Assembly: GCF_006345805.1 (NCBI RefSeq)
Contig: NC_043000.1
Span: 135,408,001 to 135,472,000 of the forward strand
DNA: 64,000 nt
Reading direction: 5' to 3'
Source of the DNA: Octopus sinensis
Lineage: Eukaryota
Numbering within the stretch: position 1 is the stretch's first letter; each line of letters opens with the position of its first letter. The notes below the pieces were generated by a model. That model had not been told where the DNA came from, made no database searches, and saw only the letters and a list, made by a program, of their open reading frames with translations. A program made the position numbers and the translations under genes. Positions 1 to 12,576 of the stretch are shown piece by piece.

Positions 1-404
1 CATGTACATTTTATAAAACCTTGTTTATTTATATTACACATTCATTCATGTCGGTCATTCGTCTGACGATTGCTAGAATATAATCCATAACATGAAACTT
101 GATGTCACAAAGTCTAACCAATAAGATATTAAATACAATGAATAACGATACCCACTGCATGTGTCAAGTACTTTTAGGTAGGGTGGAATAATTATTTAAA
201 GCTGAGTTTTCACGAATCGCTACTCGGAGTTTTCCATTCCCAAAGTCAACTGACACAGTGTTTTTGAAGCTTTCTTATACACATCACAGATGGCTTGAGT
301 GACACTGGTTAGGTAATGTAGATCAAGTGACACCGAAAAACAAATACTGCATTAACAAAACATTGGTTTACATAATACTTAACAAAAACATTGGTTTACA
401 TTAT

Positions 405-657
405 TTTGAATATTATTCAAGAAATTATATTTACTTGTATGATTTCAAATTTTTGCACAAAGCCATTAGTTTTAGAGGAGAAGAGGTAGTGTATTACATC
501 GATCCCAGTGCTTAAGTAGTTCTTATTTTATCGATCCCGCAAGGATGAAAAGTGATGTCGACCTCGGCGGAATTTGAACACAGAGCATAATGAGCCGGAA
601 AAAATACCGCTAAGAATTTTGACGGATTTGTTAACGATTCTGACAGTTCGCCGCCCT
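405..657 (-). mobile_element. Degenerate SINE family A copy
   Basis: Reverse-strand match to the family A body (gtcgacctcggcggaatttgaac ... cagttcgccgcc) seen in younger copies in this window. Confidence 0.75.
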
Positions 658-1021
658 GCATTCACTTATAATAAAACTACATTTTAATTGTCGTAAAAAC
701 CATATATACATACATACATACTTACTCGCACACATTCAAATGGACCGACACCTGCCTCTTTGAGATCATATAATATGTATAATACACATGCACACATACA
801 CCCCCAACACGCATACACATAATATTTGTTTCAAATTTTGGGGGATGGGGTAAGTTGATTACATCGATTCTATTGCTTAACTTTCGAAAGGATGAAAGGC
901 AGAATTTGAATTCAGAACATCATGAGACGGAGGAAATACCACTAACGATTCTACCAGATCACCGCCTTCCATTCACTTATAACAAAACTAAATTTTAATT
1001 ATAATTATAATTAAAACTATG

Positions 1022-1103
1022 TATGGTATATACATACATACATACATACATACATACATACATACATACATACATACACACACACATACATACATACATA
1101 CAT

Positions 1104-1134
<31 letters not shown>

Positions 1135-1320
1135 TACATACATACATACATACATGCATGCATACATACATACATACATACATACATACATACACACACA
1201 CACATACATACATACATACATGCATACATACATGTATACATACATGCATACATACATACATACATACATACATACATACATACATACATACATACATACA
1301 TACATACATACATACATGCA
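1022..1320. repeat. (TACA)n/(CA)n compound microsatellite
   Basis: Directly visible; it produces the MYVC/HTYI pseudo-ORFs. Confidence 0.95.
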
Positions 1321-1734
1321 TATTTCGTTTATATTTTCTTTTACGTGTTTCCAATCATTTCCCTGCGGCCAAGCTTCTTACCACATTGCAATACAACAAA
1401 TCGTTGTACTTTAAGTACATTTCAATCTGTGCAAATCTTTAGAAAATTTAGACAATTTTGTCTAACCTCAGGTCCATCTTTCTCCATTTTTTTTACACGA
1501 TCATCTGATCATATGTGTAGTATATATGTTTCCAGTTAAGTTGTTTTTCATTGACATCTCGTCAATGTCGTCTGATCATTACGTCTCATCGGCGTCGTTC
1601 GAATAACTCTAATCTGTATAAGACAACCTCAAAAATCACAGAGTCAGTCGGCTGATGACCGGAACAAAAGAAATCCATGTAGTGACCCGTACATGCTAAG
1701 CTTTGACTGATACTGCAATATGTATGTATGTATG

Positions 1735-1768
<34 letters not shown>

Positions 1769-2199
1769 TGTATGTATGTATGTATGTATGCATGCATGCA
1801 TGCATGCATGTATGTATGTATGTATGCATGCATGTATGTGTGCGCGCGTTCGAATTGCGGATTAAATAAAACAGGGGACAACTGATGAAGGGATTGTTCT
1901 TTATGTTACCTGTCTCGTTTCTCTATTTGTTTCATTCGTTGGTCGAAAAAAAAACGTTCGTTTTCCATGTTTTTGGTTTTTCATGTTCTCGTTTTTCATG
2001 TTGTTCACGTTTTTTGACGTCCTGTACCCATATATGCATGCGTATATACATATATATGTATATATGCATATATATATATATATATATTATTTATATTATT
2101 ATATGATCGAACGCCACGCATCCATTTCCAAGTATTTGCGTATATACATATATATGCATATATACTCGTATATACTTATATATTTATGTATAGGCAAAT

Positions 2200-2400
2200 C
2201 CAAATTAAAAACAACAGGAAAAACAATAAAGGCCAAAAGGACGTACGCGGTGAATGTATTAGATTGACGCTCGGAGAAAATTTAAGATGGAAAAAGGAGG
2301 GGTGATGTTTCGAGCCTGACTCTTCGTCAGAAAGAGGAAAGAGGAAAAAACTCAAATAGAAGGAAAGAATAGTCCAACGAAAGATGCGTCGTCAACCCCA
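2200..2400 (-). mobile_element. Probable Penelope-like terminal-repeat fragment with minimal hammerhead-like core
   Basis: Minus strand of 2304-2330 reads CTGACGA-A-GAG-TCAGG-CTC-GAAA-C-ATC. Minimal type I hammerheads are known from Penelope-like element repeats. The Penelope assignment is inference. Confidence 0.4.
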
Positions 2401-2786
2401 CCCCATTCTGTACTTTATGGATTCGGTATCTGAAGTTGTGACTTCAGTGTTTCATCGGTGACTGGCCTCTTGAGACTGAGATGGGGTAAATATATTCTCA
2501 TTGTAGAAGCAAAATTACTTCCATATATGGGTATTATAGGATATATCATAGGGTAAAAACTAGAGAAATAGAATGTTGCCATCAAATGATTTTGACGATT
2601 TCCACATTTGCAGTGACGTCATTAGATTTAGTGGAGCTGATGAAACTGTCTCATTCTTTCAAACAACATAATGCAAGCAATGTATGAACTGATGCAAAAC
2701 TTCTACAATTAATAACTGTTCGAAAATTTTCGCCATTGAACTTTCTAACTATGAGGTGTGATGTCGTAACAGAAGAATTACACAAT

Positions 2787-3205
2787 TTAAGGTGGCGAGC
2801 TGGCAGAAACGTGAGCACGCCGGGCGAAATGCTTAGCGGTATTTCGTCTGCTGTTACGGTCTGAGTTCAAATTCCGCCGGGGTCGACTTTGCCTTTCATC
2901 CTTTCGGGATCGATTAAATAAGTACCAGTTACGCACTGGGGTCGATATAATCGACTTAATACCTATGTCTATCCTTGTTTGTCCTCTCTATGTTTAGCCC
3001 CTTGTGGGTAATAAAGAAATAGGTATTTCGTCTGCTGTTACGTTCTGTGTTCAAATTCCGCCGAGGTCAACTTTGCCTTTCATCCTTTCGGAGCCGATTA
3101 AATAAGTACCAGTTACGCACTGGGGTCGATATAATCGACTTAATACTTAAGTCTGTCCTTGCTTGTCCCCTCTGTGTGTAGCCCTTTGTGGGCAGTAAAG
3201 AAATA
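2787..3205 (+). mobile_element. SINE family A head-to-tail dimer (full unit plus 5'-truncated unit)
   Basis: tRNA-like head ggtggcgagctggcag...gagttcaaattcc; second unit starts at gtatttcg (about 3022); 16-bp TSD agaagaattacacaat at 2771-2786 and 3206-3221. Confidence 0.9.
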
Positions 3206-3689
3206 AGAAGAATTACACAATGCAATTTATCGAAAGGATAGTTCTAATGGTAAAAATATAAGATGTTGTAGTGAAGGAGAGGGTACATTCTCCTATAAGA
3301 CGAAAGAATACTTGGTGAATGTTCTTTTTAAAATCAGCATAAAATGCTGCCATAACAGACGAGACATAATGATCTGGACAGAGAAAAGAAATTGTAGCAG
3401 AAATCAGTTGCTTGACAGACGATAACTAAATGTTAAAGATAAAAACAAAGAAGTAATGATAATCTGTAGATAAGATACCCGGGGTGTAACTTTGGATTTA
3501 TGCCTGTGATTATTAGGGGGGCTCGATTACGTAACTAGTCTTGAAAAATTGTGCTTCCCCGAACCAGAAAAGATACGGCTAATTAAGAAATTTTTATTGT
3601 GAGTCATTAACGGATCTGTGAAAAAATATATTAAACTATAAGACAGTTTTCAGGAGTTTAGCCTGTAAATAGGTGCAAATATATATATA

Positions 3690-3755
<66 letters not shown>

Positions 3756-3773
3756 TAATTATATATATATATG

Positions 3774-3815
<42 letters not shown>

Positions 3816-3924
3816 TATATGTGTGTGTTGTGTATATATATATACATACATGTACACACACACACATATATATGTATATAGATATACATATATGTGCATG
3901 TGTATATAAATACATATTTATGTA

Positions 3925-4445
3925 TGTATTCGGACAACTGAGCGGCTGAGGGAACAATACGATGCCACGAACAGCATTGATGATCGTCCACGCAGTGGCC
4001 GAGCGAGGGTTACAACGGCACCTTAAGATCGCCACGTGAACCGACACCACTCGCACAACTAATTCCGGAGGGCCACGGAATCAGCTAGGCAGACCATAGG
4101 GGGTCGCCACAGACCTATTTGTGCAGCGACAGTTCGATGTGTCTGAGATCTTTCAATCTGTCTTGTCGATGTCCGGCTAGGGGCTCCATCCTCGCAGATC
4201 GTCATCGACGGGCACGTCTGCAGTGACCCATGCTGCCAGGTTGACAACAGACTTCCTCGAACAGCACGACATCGAGACACTGCCATGTCCTGCCCTAAGT
4301 CCGGACTTGAACCCCGTAGAACACCTGCAGGACGAAATCCAAAGAAGGCTAAATGACATCCGTCCAAGACCGACAACTGCAGCACAACTCTCTGTAAGTT
4401 TTAATAGAGTGTGGGCTGTATTCCCATGACCTTCATCAATCGTTT
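3925..4445 (+). mobile_element. Internally deleted Tc1-like transposase relic
   Basis: ORF 4223-4429 contains LPCPALSPDLNPVEHLQDEI, matching the Tc1 WPxxSPDLNPIEHLW motif. The upstream part resembles the DNA-binding region ([13 protein letters not shown]). Stops and an internal deletion are present. Confidence 0.85.
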
Positions 4446-4489
4446 GTGTGTGTATGTGTGTGTATGCGTGTGTGTGTATATGTGTGTGT

Positions 4490-4665
4490 GTGTGTTTATT
4501 TGTCCTCCCACCCTCGCTTGACAACCAATGTTGGTGTGTTCACGTCCCCGTAACTTAGCGGTTCGGCAAAAAAGACCGATAGAATAAGTACTAAGCTTAC
4601 AAAGAATAAGTCCTGGGGTCGATTTGTTCGACTAAAGATGACTGAAACAAATAAAAGAATAAAAG
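4490..4665 (+). mobile_element. SINE family B 3' half
   Basis: cttgacaaccaatgttggtgtgttcacgtccccgtaacttagcggttcggcaaaa...gactgaaacaa matches the full copy at 21304-21700. Confidence 0.8.
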
Positions 4666-4666
4666 A

Positions 4667-4738
<72 letters not shown>

Positions 4739-4962
4739 CATACGCATCGACACACAAACATACACAAACACACCACACACAAACGTATACGGTGTGTATG
4801 TATGTGTGTGTGTGAGTGTGTGTGTGTATGTGTGTGATTCCACACTTGAAAGGGACGCCTTTTAAGCGTGTGAACGAGAACACAAATCGTATCAGATTCT
4901 AGAACACATATATACATACATACCTATATATATATATATTATATATATATACATACATACAT

Positions 4963-5031
<69 letters not shown>

Positions 5032-5904
5032 TTATATATATATGTATAAATATATATATAATATATATATATCCTGGTGTAATGTCACCTCATTGTTGGT
5101 TTTGAACTAATTAGTGAGTGTAGGAAAGCTTAATTACAAGCACTAAATCATTTTATGCATTTACTTATTTCTATAACCATAGTTGTTGATGATATTGTTT
5201 TTGTTATTGTTGACTTAAGTGCTCGAAATGTTTTCTTCCTTGCAATCTCAGGTCATCGGAGCGAGGAATAAAATTCAAACATGTTTAATTCAGTTTATTA
5301 CAATTTAATTATGCTTCATTTATTTATCAATTTTTTTTAATAGATAAGGTCTTAAGAGACTTGGTAACGACTTAGCTAGATAAACTAGCACCCGTTTGGT
5401 GGATGATCCGAACGTTCTACCAATCGACGGCGATTGACCATCGATACGAAAATCGAAATTATCGGAGTAAGCAATGTGAAAATCTTTTGCCCTCATATGG
5501 TGCAGAACGGTCAAATGAATTTTTTTTTTTATCCAACACAGAATCTGGAATTAGCAACAAAATCAGAAGGAGGCAACAGCGGCAATAGTAGTAGTAGCAG
5601 CAGCAGCAGCAGTAAGAAAAGCCGAGCTGTAATAAGTATAGAAGCAGTAACTAAGGCCGAGGTACGCCAACATTACTACGGGCCAAGGAAGGAGCTTTTA
5701 CGTGGCAGCTTGACCTGTTAGAAATAGCAACCAATTATCCTTCGAGCCACAACCTACGGTTTTAGAACGGTTTTTGGATAAGGTTGTCTTAGATGCATTA
5801 TGTGTGAGAAAAAAGATAGCATGGGCCATGTTGAAATGCCTTTGTCAAAGGGTTCTTCAATCAAAGTCGACCTATGACTAAACTACAATGACAACGACGA
5901 CTAC

Positions 5905-6235
5905 GTCCTTGCCGCCGCCTCTGCCGCCACCGCCTCTGCCGCCGCCGCCTCTGCCGCCGCCGCCTCTGCCGCCGCCTCTTCCGCCGCCGCCGCCTCCGCC
6001 GCCGCTACCGCCGCCTCCGCCGCCTCTACCGCCGCCTCCGCCGCCGCTACCGCCGCCGCCCGCCGCTACCGCCGCCTCCGCCGCCGCTACCGCCGCCTCC
6101 GCGCCGCCTACCGCCGCCTCCGCCGCCGCCGCCGCCACCGCCTCCGCCGCCGCCGCCGCCGCCTCCGCCACTGCCGCTGCTGCCTCCGCTGTCACTGCTA
6201 CCGCCGCTGTCGCCGCTTCCGCCGCCGCCGCCGAC
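5905..6235. repeat. Imperfect (CCG)n trinucleotide repeat, about 330 bp
   Basis: Directly visible; flanked by (ACG)/(GAT)-type repeats. Confidence 0.95.
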
Positions 6236-7598
6236 GTTGACGGCAGCGACGACGACAACGATGATGACGAAGACGCCGACGACGGAATTATTACGACGAC
6301 CACGATGACGATGACGATAATCATTTATACAAGTATCGCCAAATCCATCAGATACAGAAGAAAGAAAATTAGCTTAAAGGTGGATACTAAGCAGGAAAAT
6401 GAAAATGCTTAAGTATAGCATGCATTGAGTAAGGGGAACAATGAATGAAGTCACAACTACATCTGTACACCCACTAAAGCCCCGGGAAAAATACACAAAC
6501 ACATGGTACGGGGGTGAAACTGAATAAGGGCATTTAATAAACAGTCTCATATCAGAAAGTAGCAGTGATTGTCACTGACGCCAAATAATCGACTTGCTGG
6601 CTTTTCTCGGATGCTAGAACAAGATTTTTGGGTTCGACTATTCCTTTCATCCTTTAGAAAGTAAGTACCAGTTAAGTGCAGGAGTCGATTACATCGACTT
6701 CCCTCTCCTCTTAAAATTGCCGAGCTTGTTCCAAAAATTAGAAAAAATATTAATGTTATTGTTGTAAAATATTTTAAACTAAGCTATAAAATCGAAACAA
6801 GGTCTGCGTAATTAGATCTAAATCGTTTATTGGTGTCAAAAGGCTGAAATCTAGTGAAAGACATTGTTATGATTAGATTTTAATTTGACAAGAAACAAAA
6901 ATCAGGTAGGAGGACACTTTCGGCAAACTTGTTTGGAAATTATGAAGCACTGTTAGTAGGTTTTGAAACTGGAACTTAAAAGAATTCTCACAAATGTTAA
7001 CAGTGAAGGTGGTGCATTAAAAGATTCTGAAGTCAGAAGATTCAATGTGTTGTCCTTCAGTAGCTCTTCTTTCTCCAGTATTTTAAGTAGGAGAGCAATG
7101 GTTGTACAATTATTATTGTGGCTTAACCCCGGGTCATCTTCGATTGAGCGGACCTATAATCAAAGGCACACTGACCGTGACTAATACCCCGCTCTCACTC
7201 TCTCTTTTTCTTTTATCCAAACACACATATAACTATATTTTCTAACCCTTTCATCAATGAGTGAATGACCATGGCATATTTTGAAGAGATTTTGGGAATG
7301 ATAGACGAAAGGGAGTAAATTATTCACCATCTGAAGACAACACCAGATGCTTGCAACAAAATGAACACCGCTAGAAGCACCCGAAATCAGGCGTGAGGGA
7401 GGACCCAGTTTAACCATTTGACAATTAAGTCTGCCACCATGAAATCAGAGTTCCAATATCCAGAACAAAACACACAAAAGATCTTAGTTAGTTGCTTTAA
7501 CAATCCTGCCAATCCACGGCCGAAGATTAATGTTTTATTTTAACGATTCCAGAAGGATGGGACACAAAGTTGATATCAGATTTATATTCATATATTTT

Positions 7599-7838
7599 AA
7601 GGCGGCGAGCTGGCAGAAACGTTAGCACGCCGGGCGAAATGCGTAATCGCATTTCGTCTGCCGTTACGTTCTGAGTTCAAATTCCGCCGAGGTCGGCTTT
7701 GCCTTTCATCCTTTCGGGGTCGATTAAATAAGTACCAGTTACGCACTGGGGTCGATATAATCGACTTAATCCGTTTGTCTGCCCTTGTTTGTCCTCTCTG
7801 TGTTTAGCCCCTTGTGGGTAGTAAAGAAATAGGTATTT
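7599..7838 (+). mobile_element. SINE family A, full length
   Basis: aaggcggcgagctggcagaaacgttagcacgccgggcg ... gtgggtagtaaagaaata. Confidence 0.9.
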
Positions 7839-7899
7839 AAACCCAGAGCGCACAGATCCGCGCGCGCGTGTGTAGCAGTCTTTCTAGCATAATTCCAAT

Positions 7900-8387
7900 C
7901 ACGAGCTATGGGTCAAATTGTCGACTCAAGGCAGCTATGGCACAAGTCACTTGACCAAAGTGTCACACCGAAGGCTCGATCCCGAAGCCAATTTCTTTTT
8001 TTTGTCTTTTTGAAAACCGAACTTAACCACATAGCAATGGCTTTTAGTGGCTGTGTTTAAGCCACGAGCTATGGGTCAAATTGTCGACTCAAGGCAGCTA
8101 TGGCACAAGTCACTTGACCAAAGTGTCACACCGAAGGCTCGATCCCGAAGCCAATTTCTTTTTTTTGTCTTTTTGCAAACCGAACTTAACCACATAGCAA
8201 TGGCTTTTAGTAGCTGTGTTTAAGCCACGAGCTATGGGTCAAATTGTCGACTCAAGGCAGCTATGGCACAAGTCACTTGACCAAAGTGTCACACCGAAGG
8301 CTCGATCCCGAAGCCAATTTCTTTTTTTTGTCTTTTTGCAAACCGAACTTAACCACATAGCAATGGCTTTTAGTGGCTGTGTTTAAG
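7900..8387. repeat. Three tandem 163-bp units derived from an old family B SINE head (minus strand)
   Basis: Units start at 7901, 8064 and 8227 (acgagctatgggtcaaattgtcgac) and differ by only a few substitutions. Confidence 0.9.
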
Positions 8388-8739
8388 AATCTGGATCAGC
8401 AATGGATCAAGTCAGCATATATTGAAACAACAGCAAAACAAAACATCTTCTGCCTGCAAAACCATTTTCCAAGCGATTCACTAAGGACGTTGAAGAATTT
8501 GCGTGGGCAGGATCACATATTCTACACTGTATAAACATTTAACGTAAATGACACATGTAAGACAGTTGATAACTGCCTCCTGAGTGGGCGTTTTATTCCA
8601 GATGCTCAATAAATTCGATATTTCCTAGGTTAGCTCCATTCTCTCTCTCTCAGCCTTTCATTCCTTCTAATTTGGTTACTTTTGCCTCTTTTGTTTTATT
8701 TTTGTTTCTATATTTCTTTGCATCTTCCTTCCTTCCTTC

Positions 8740-8782
<43 letters not shown>

Positions 8783-9098
8783 TTTTTTCCTTCTTTCTGT
8801 CTTTCTTTCTTTTATATATTTCTACATTCTTTCTTTTCGCATTTCTTTCATTTCGATTATTTTGTCCACTTTTCCTTTTATATATCCTTATTTACTTCAT
8901 TTATTTCTTCTCTTCATTCCTACTTTCCTTTTCTTTTTATTCTCCTCCGCTGCCTCCGTTCTCTCATTTTCTTTCCCCCCTCTCTCTCTCTATCTGCTCA
9001 ACTCATTAATACAAAATTGATACATTGAAGCATGTCATATCTGTTCTATATACCACTCCACGTGTGACATTATGATATGGATACAGACCATTCTAAAT

Positions 9099-9504
9099 AT
9101 TTATTTCTTTATTGCCCACAGGGGCCTAAACATAGAGGGGACAAACAAGGACAGACAAATGGATTAAATCGATTACATCGACCCCAGTGCGTAACTGGTA
9201 CTTATTTAATCGACCCCGAAAGGATGAAAGGCAAAGTCGACCTCGGCGGAATTTCAACTCAGAACGTAACGGCAGACAAAATACCTATTTCTTTACTGCC
9301 CACAGAGGGGACAAATAAGGACAGACAAACGGATTAAGTCGATTATATCGACCCCAGTGCGTAACTGGTACTTATTTAATCGACCCCGAAAGGATGAAAG
9401 GCAAAGTCGACCTCGGCGGAATTTGAACTCAGAACGTAACAGCAGACGAAATACCACTATGCATTTTTCCCAGCATGCTAACGTTTCTGCCAGCTCGCCG
9501 CCCT
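9099..9504 (-). mobile_element. SINE family A dimer
   Basis: Same gaaatag|gtattt junction as the 2787 dimer, read on the minus strand; 13-bp TSD gaccattctaaat at 9086-9098 and 9505-9517. Confidence 0.9.
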
Positions 9505-9638
9505 GACCATTCTAAATGTTATATGTATGTATGTGTGTGTGTGTATGTGATTTGGGTGCATATATGTGTGCATGCATATATACTGTATATATACATATAT
9601 ATATATATTAATGTTTCTTTATGTTTAGTTTTAATAAA

Positions 9639-9858
9639 AACATAACGTGGCAGTCCTGGATGGGACAGGGAGTGGGAGCTCAGTACTCCCATCCAGCACA
9701 AAGCAACATCTGTGGACCGGTTTCTGGGTTATTGCTCTTTATCAGCACTTCGAAAATATAAGGACACAAATATTGTATCGTATAGCCAGCTGGAAACGAC
9801 GTTTCCTGTGGCTAAACAACAGTAACATTCGTCCCATCCAGGACTACCACATTATGTT
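9639..9858. mobile_element. MITE-like element with about 28-bp terminal inverted repeats
   Basis: aacataacgtggcagtcctggatgggac versus gtcccatccaggactaccacattatgtt (2 mismatches); no clear TSD. Confidence 0.6.
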
Positions 9859-10092
9859 GGCAAATGGTCATTACTTTAAAGAGCCGTTACTGAATATCTC
9901 TCGTCGAGAGATTTAGAAATAATAATGTTTCTATTTAATAAAAGCAATTTTACATCAATCTGAAGTGTTATTCTGTATTTTTGTGGCGTACAAATTCATT
10001 ATTCTTAAACAAGAATATCATTGACAGTGACTTCTAAGATTCGGCCAGCTAAGCCATCGTCGGACTGTGTATGTGTATGTATGTGTGTGTGT

Positions 10093-10142
<50 letters not shown>

Positions 10143-11309
10143 TGTGCGTGTGTGTGTGGTATTGTCGTGTATATATCAATATATCAATATCTTTGTTGCT
10201 ATACATCGCCGGTCACAGTGCGTTTCGCATTGTTTTAACTTTTGAAAGATGTTACCCCACTGGCTAGGTTGGCAAGCCAATGCACGCGCACACACCAACA
10301 CACACACACACACACGATTGGCACAAAGACATCCTTTTATTCCTCCACATAAGTTTTGGCTTTGGGTGTGTCCGATCATCAGTTTTTGTGACTTCAGCTT
10401 CAAGAAGTCGCTACAGTGCTCGCCTTGGTAATGATATAAAACGTAACATTTTATACCACGCTTATGTGACAAACAGGTTCAACTATCAATAGCATTTTCT
10501 CATTGAATTTTACATTTACAGGTATCATAGTTATTTTCCAAGAGAGACAAATTGTATGTTCTGGCCTTCAAATGTTTCTAAAGGAATTAGTATTTTTAAC
10601 ATTTCCGACTGAGAATCGAAACTACAACTTTGATTTAAAGTGTTTATTATAGTCCACTGCATCTATATGTTACTCTACACACAATACAATATACAAGTTA
10701 AAAATCATATATTTTGTAAGTCAGAGAAAGGGAAAAAAAGAATTAAAATTTTTTTCAGATTAATAAGATGTTAAAGGTGTTATGAAGCATTGCCCTAGAT
10801 ATCCGCACTTCTTTCTCCTGTCTTCTTTTATTTTTAATCTTCCTGGGTGGCATATTCTATGGCTATATTTTGTTTTCATTTTTGTTTGGCTATTTTATAA
10901 TTTTGAAGTTGAATCAAGTACCGATAACTGTTGCTTCCTTTATCGGTTGGAAAAAGGTTGACTTTTAGCTGCTTAGCCTCAGGGGAGGTAAGGCTGTGAA
11001 TACTGCCAACATCTGATATCTGTCTTATAGGCATTAATCGGAAGCTCTATGGTCTCTCAAGTGTCATAATGGTGTGTCTATATTGCCTGGTCAGGCAACA
11101 TGAGATTCTCAGGCAGCTGGAAATGTCTTTGAATTCAGTCGAGCCGATCTGACAAACGTCATGTTTTTTTTCTTCTCAGTCCTTTGCGTTCCCTTCTCCA
11201 CTCGGCTGCTATTTTGGTTTCGCATTATGGACGTCTGTTTCCATACTTTGAATATCATTCTTTTCTCAACACAAATGCCATAAATGTATATCCTATACGA
11301 CTCTACCAT

Positions 11310-11945
11310 CTCCTTCTCCTCCCCTTCCTCCTCCTCGTCATCATCATTATCACCTTCTTCTTCTTCTTCTTCTTCTTCTTCTTCTTCTTCTTCTTCTTCT
11401 TCTTCTTCTTCTTCTTCTTCTTCTTTATCTTCATCTTCTTCTCCTCCTCCTCCTCCTCCTCTTCTTCTTCTTCATTATTCTTCTTTATCTTTCTTCTTTC
11501 TTTATCTTCTTCTTTTTCTTCTTCTTCTTATCTTCTTCTTCTTCTTCTCTTCTTTTCTTCTTCTTCTCTTCTCCTCCTCCTACTCCTCTCTTCTTCTTCT
11601 TCATCTTCTTCTTCTTCATATCTTCTTCTTATCTTCTTCTTCTTCTTCTTCTTCTTCTTCTTCTTTATCTTCTTCTTCTTCTCCTCCTCCTCCTCCTCTT
11701 CTTCTTCTTGTTCATCTTCTTGTTCATCTTCTTCTTTATCTTCTTCTTCATCTTCTTCTTCTTCATCATCATCTTCTTCTCTTCTTCTTCTTCTTCTTCT
11801 TCTCCTCTTCTTCTTCTTCTTGTTCATCTTCTTCTTCACCTTCTTCTTCTTCATCTTCTTCTTCATCTTCTTCTTCATCTTCTTCTTCTTCTTCTTCTTC
11901 TTCTTCTTCTCCTCCTCCTCCTCCTCTTCTTCTTCTTCTTCCTCA
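11310..11945. repeat. (TTC)n/(TCC)n pyrimidine tract, about 630 bp
   Basis: Directly visible; source of the poly-S/F/L/E/K pseudo-ORFs. Confidence 0.95.
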
Positions 11946-12352
11946 CCACAAGTAATCAAAATTGGAAATAGCACTTCACTACACATTAAAATGGTCGAGT
12001 AATGAGACTGCGTGATGTTCATGCCTTTTTACAAAACGCATGAACAGTCTGGAATAAAATCTCTACAATAGTGAATCGAAACCTTTTCACAGCTTTCTCT
12101 CACCGCTCAATGCAATAAATATTACATAGATACAACATCAAATATTATAAGCAATAAGATATAAGAAAATTTTTAGGTTTACGAGTTTTTCTAATGATAT
12201 TAATAATTCATTGATTGTAAGCAGGAAGCGAAGCAACATTAACACTTTACTATAGTCAATATAAAAAACGACAAAACAGTAAATATGAATTTCTCATTGC
12301 GGCTGAAACTTCTCTGATTTGTCAACTTCGTGTAACTAATCTCTCTATGTAT

Positions 12353-12530
12353 AGGCGCAGGAGTGGCTGTGTGGTAAGTAGCTTGCTTACCAACCACATG
12401 GCTCTGGGTTCAGTCCCACTGAGTGGCACCTTGGGCAAATGTCTTCTACTATAGCCTCGGGCTAACCAAAGCCTTGTGAGTGGTTTTGGTCGACGGAAAC
12501 TGAAAGAAGCCCGTCGTATATATGTATATG

Positions 12531-12576
<46 letters not shown>

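Noticed and set aside
2790-2880. tRNA genes suggested by B-box-like gagttcaaattcc motifs
   Set aside because: All are heads of multicopy SINEs with no complete cloverleaf.
5878-6412. Poly-Pro/poly-Ala ORF (formin- or WASP-like) and its antisense poly-Gly ORF
   Set aside because: Fully explained by (CCG)n; no flanking domain, no splice sites, and open in multiple frames.
7433-7545. gccaccATG Kozak-like start
   Set aside because: Short ORF in degenerate repeat-like sequence with no splice support.
7900-8387. Possible CRISPR-like array (also 52670-52776)
   Set aside because: Contiguous tandem units with no unique spacers, eukaryotic context and no cas genes.
11184-12022. 272-aa and 223-aa low-complexity ORFs
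   Set aside because: Read-through of the (TTC)n tract.
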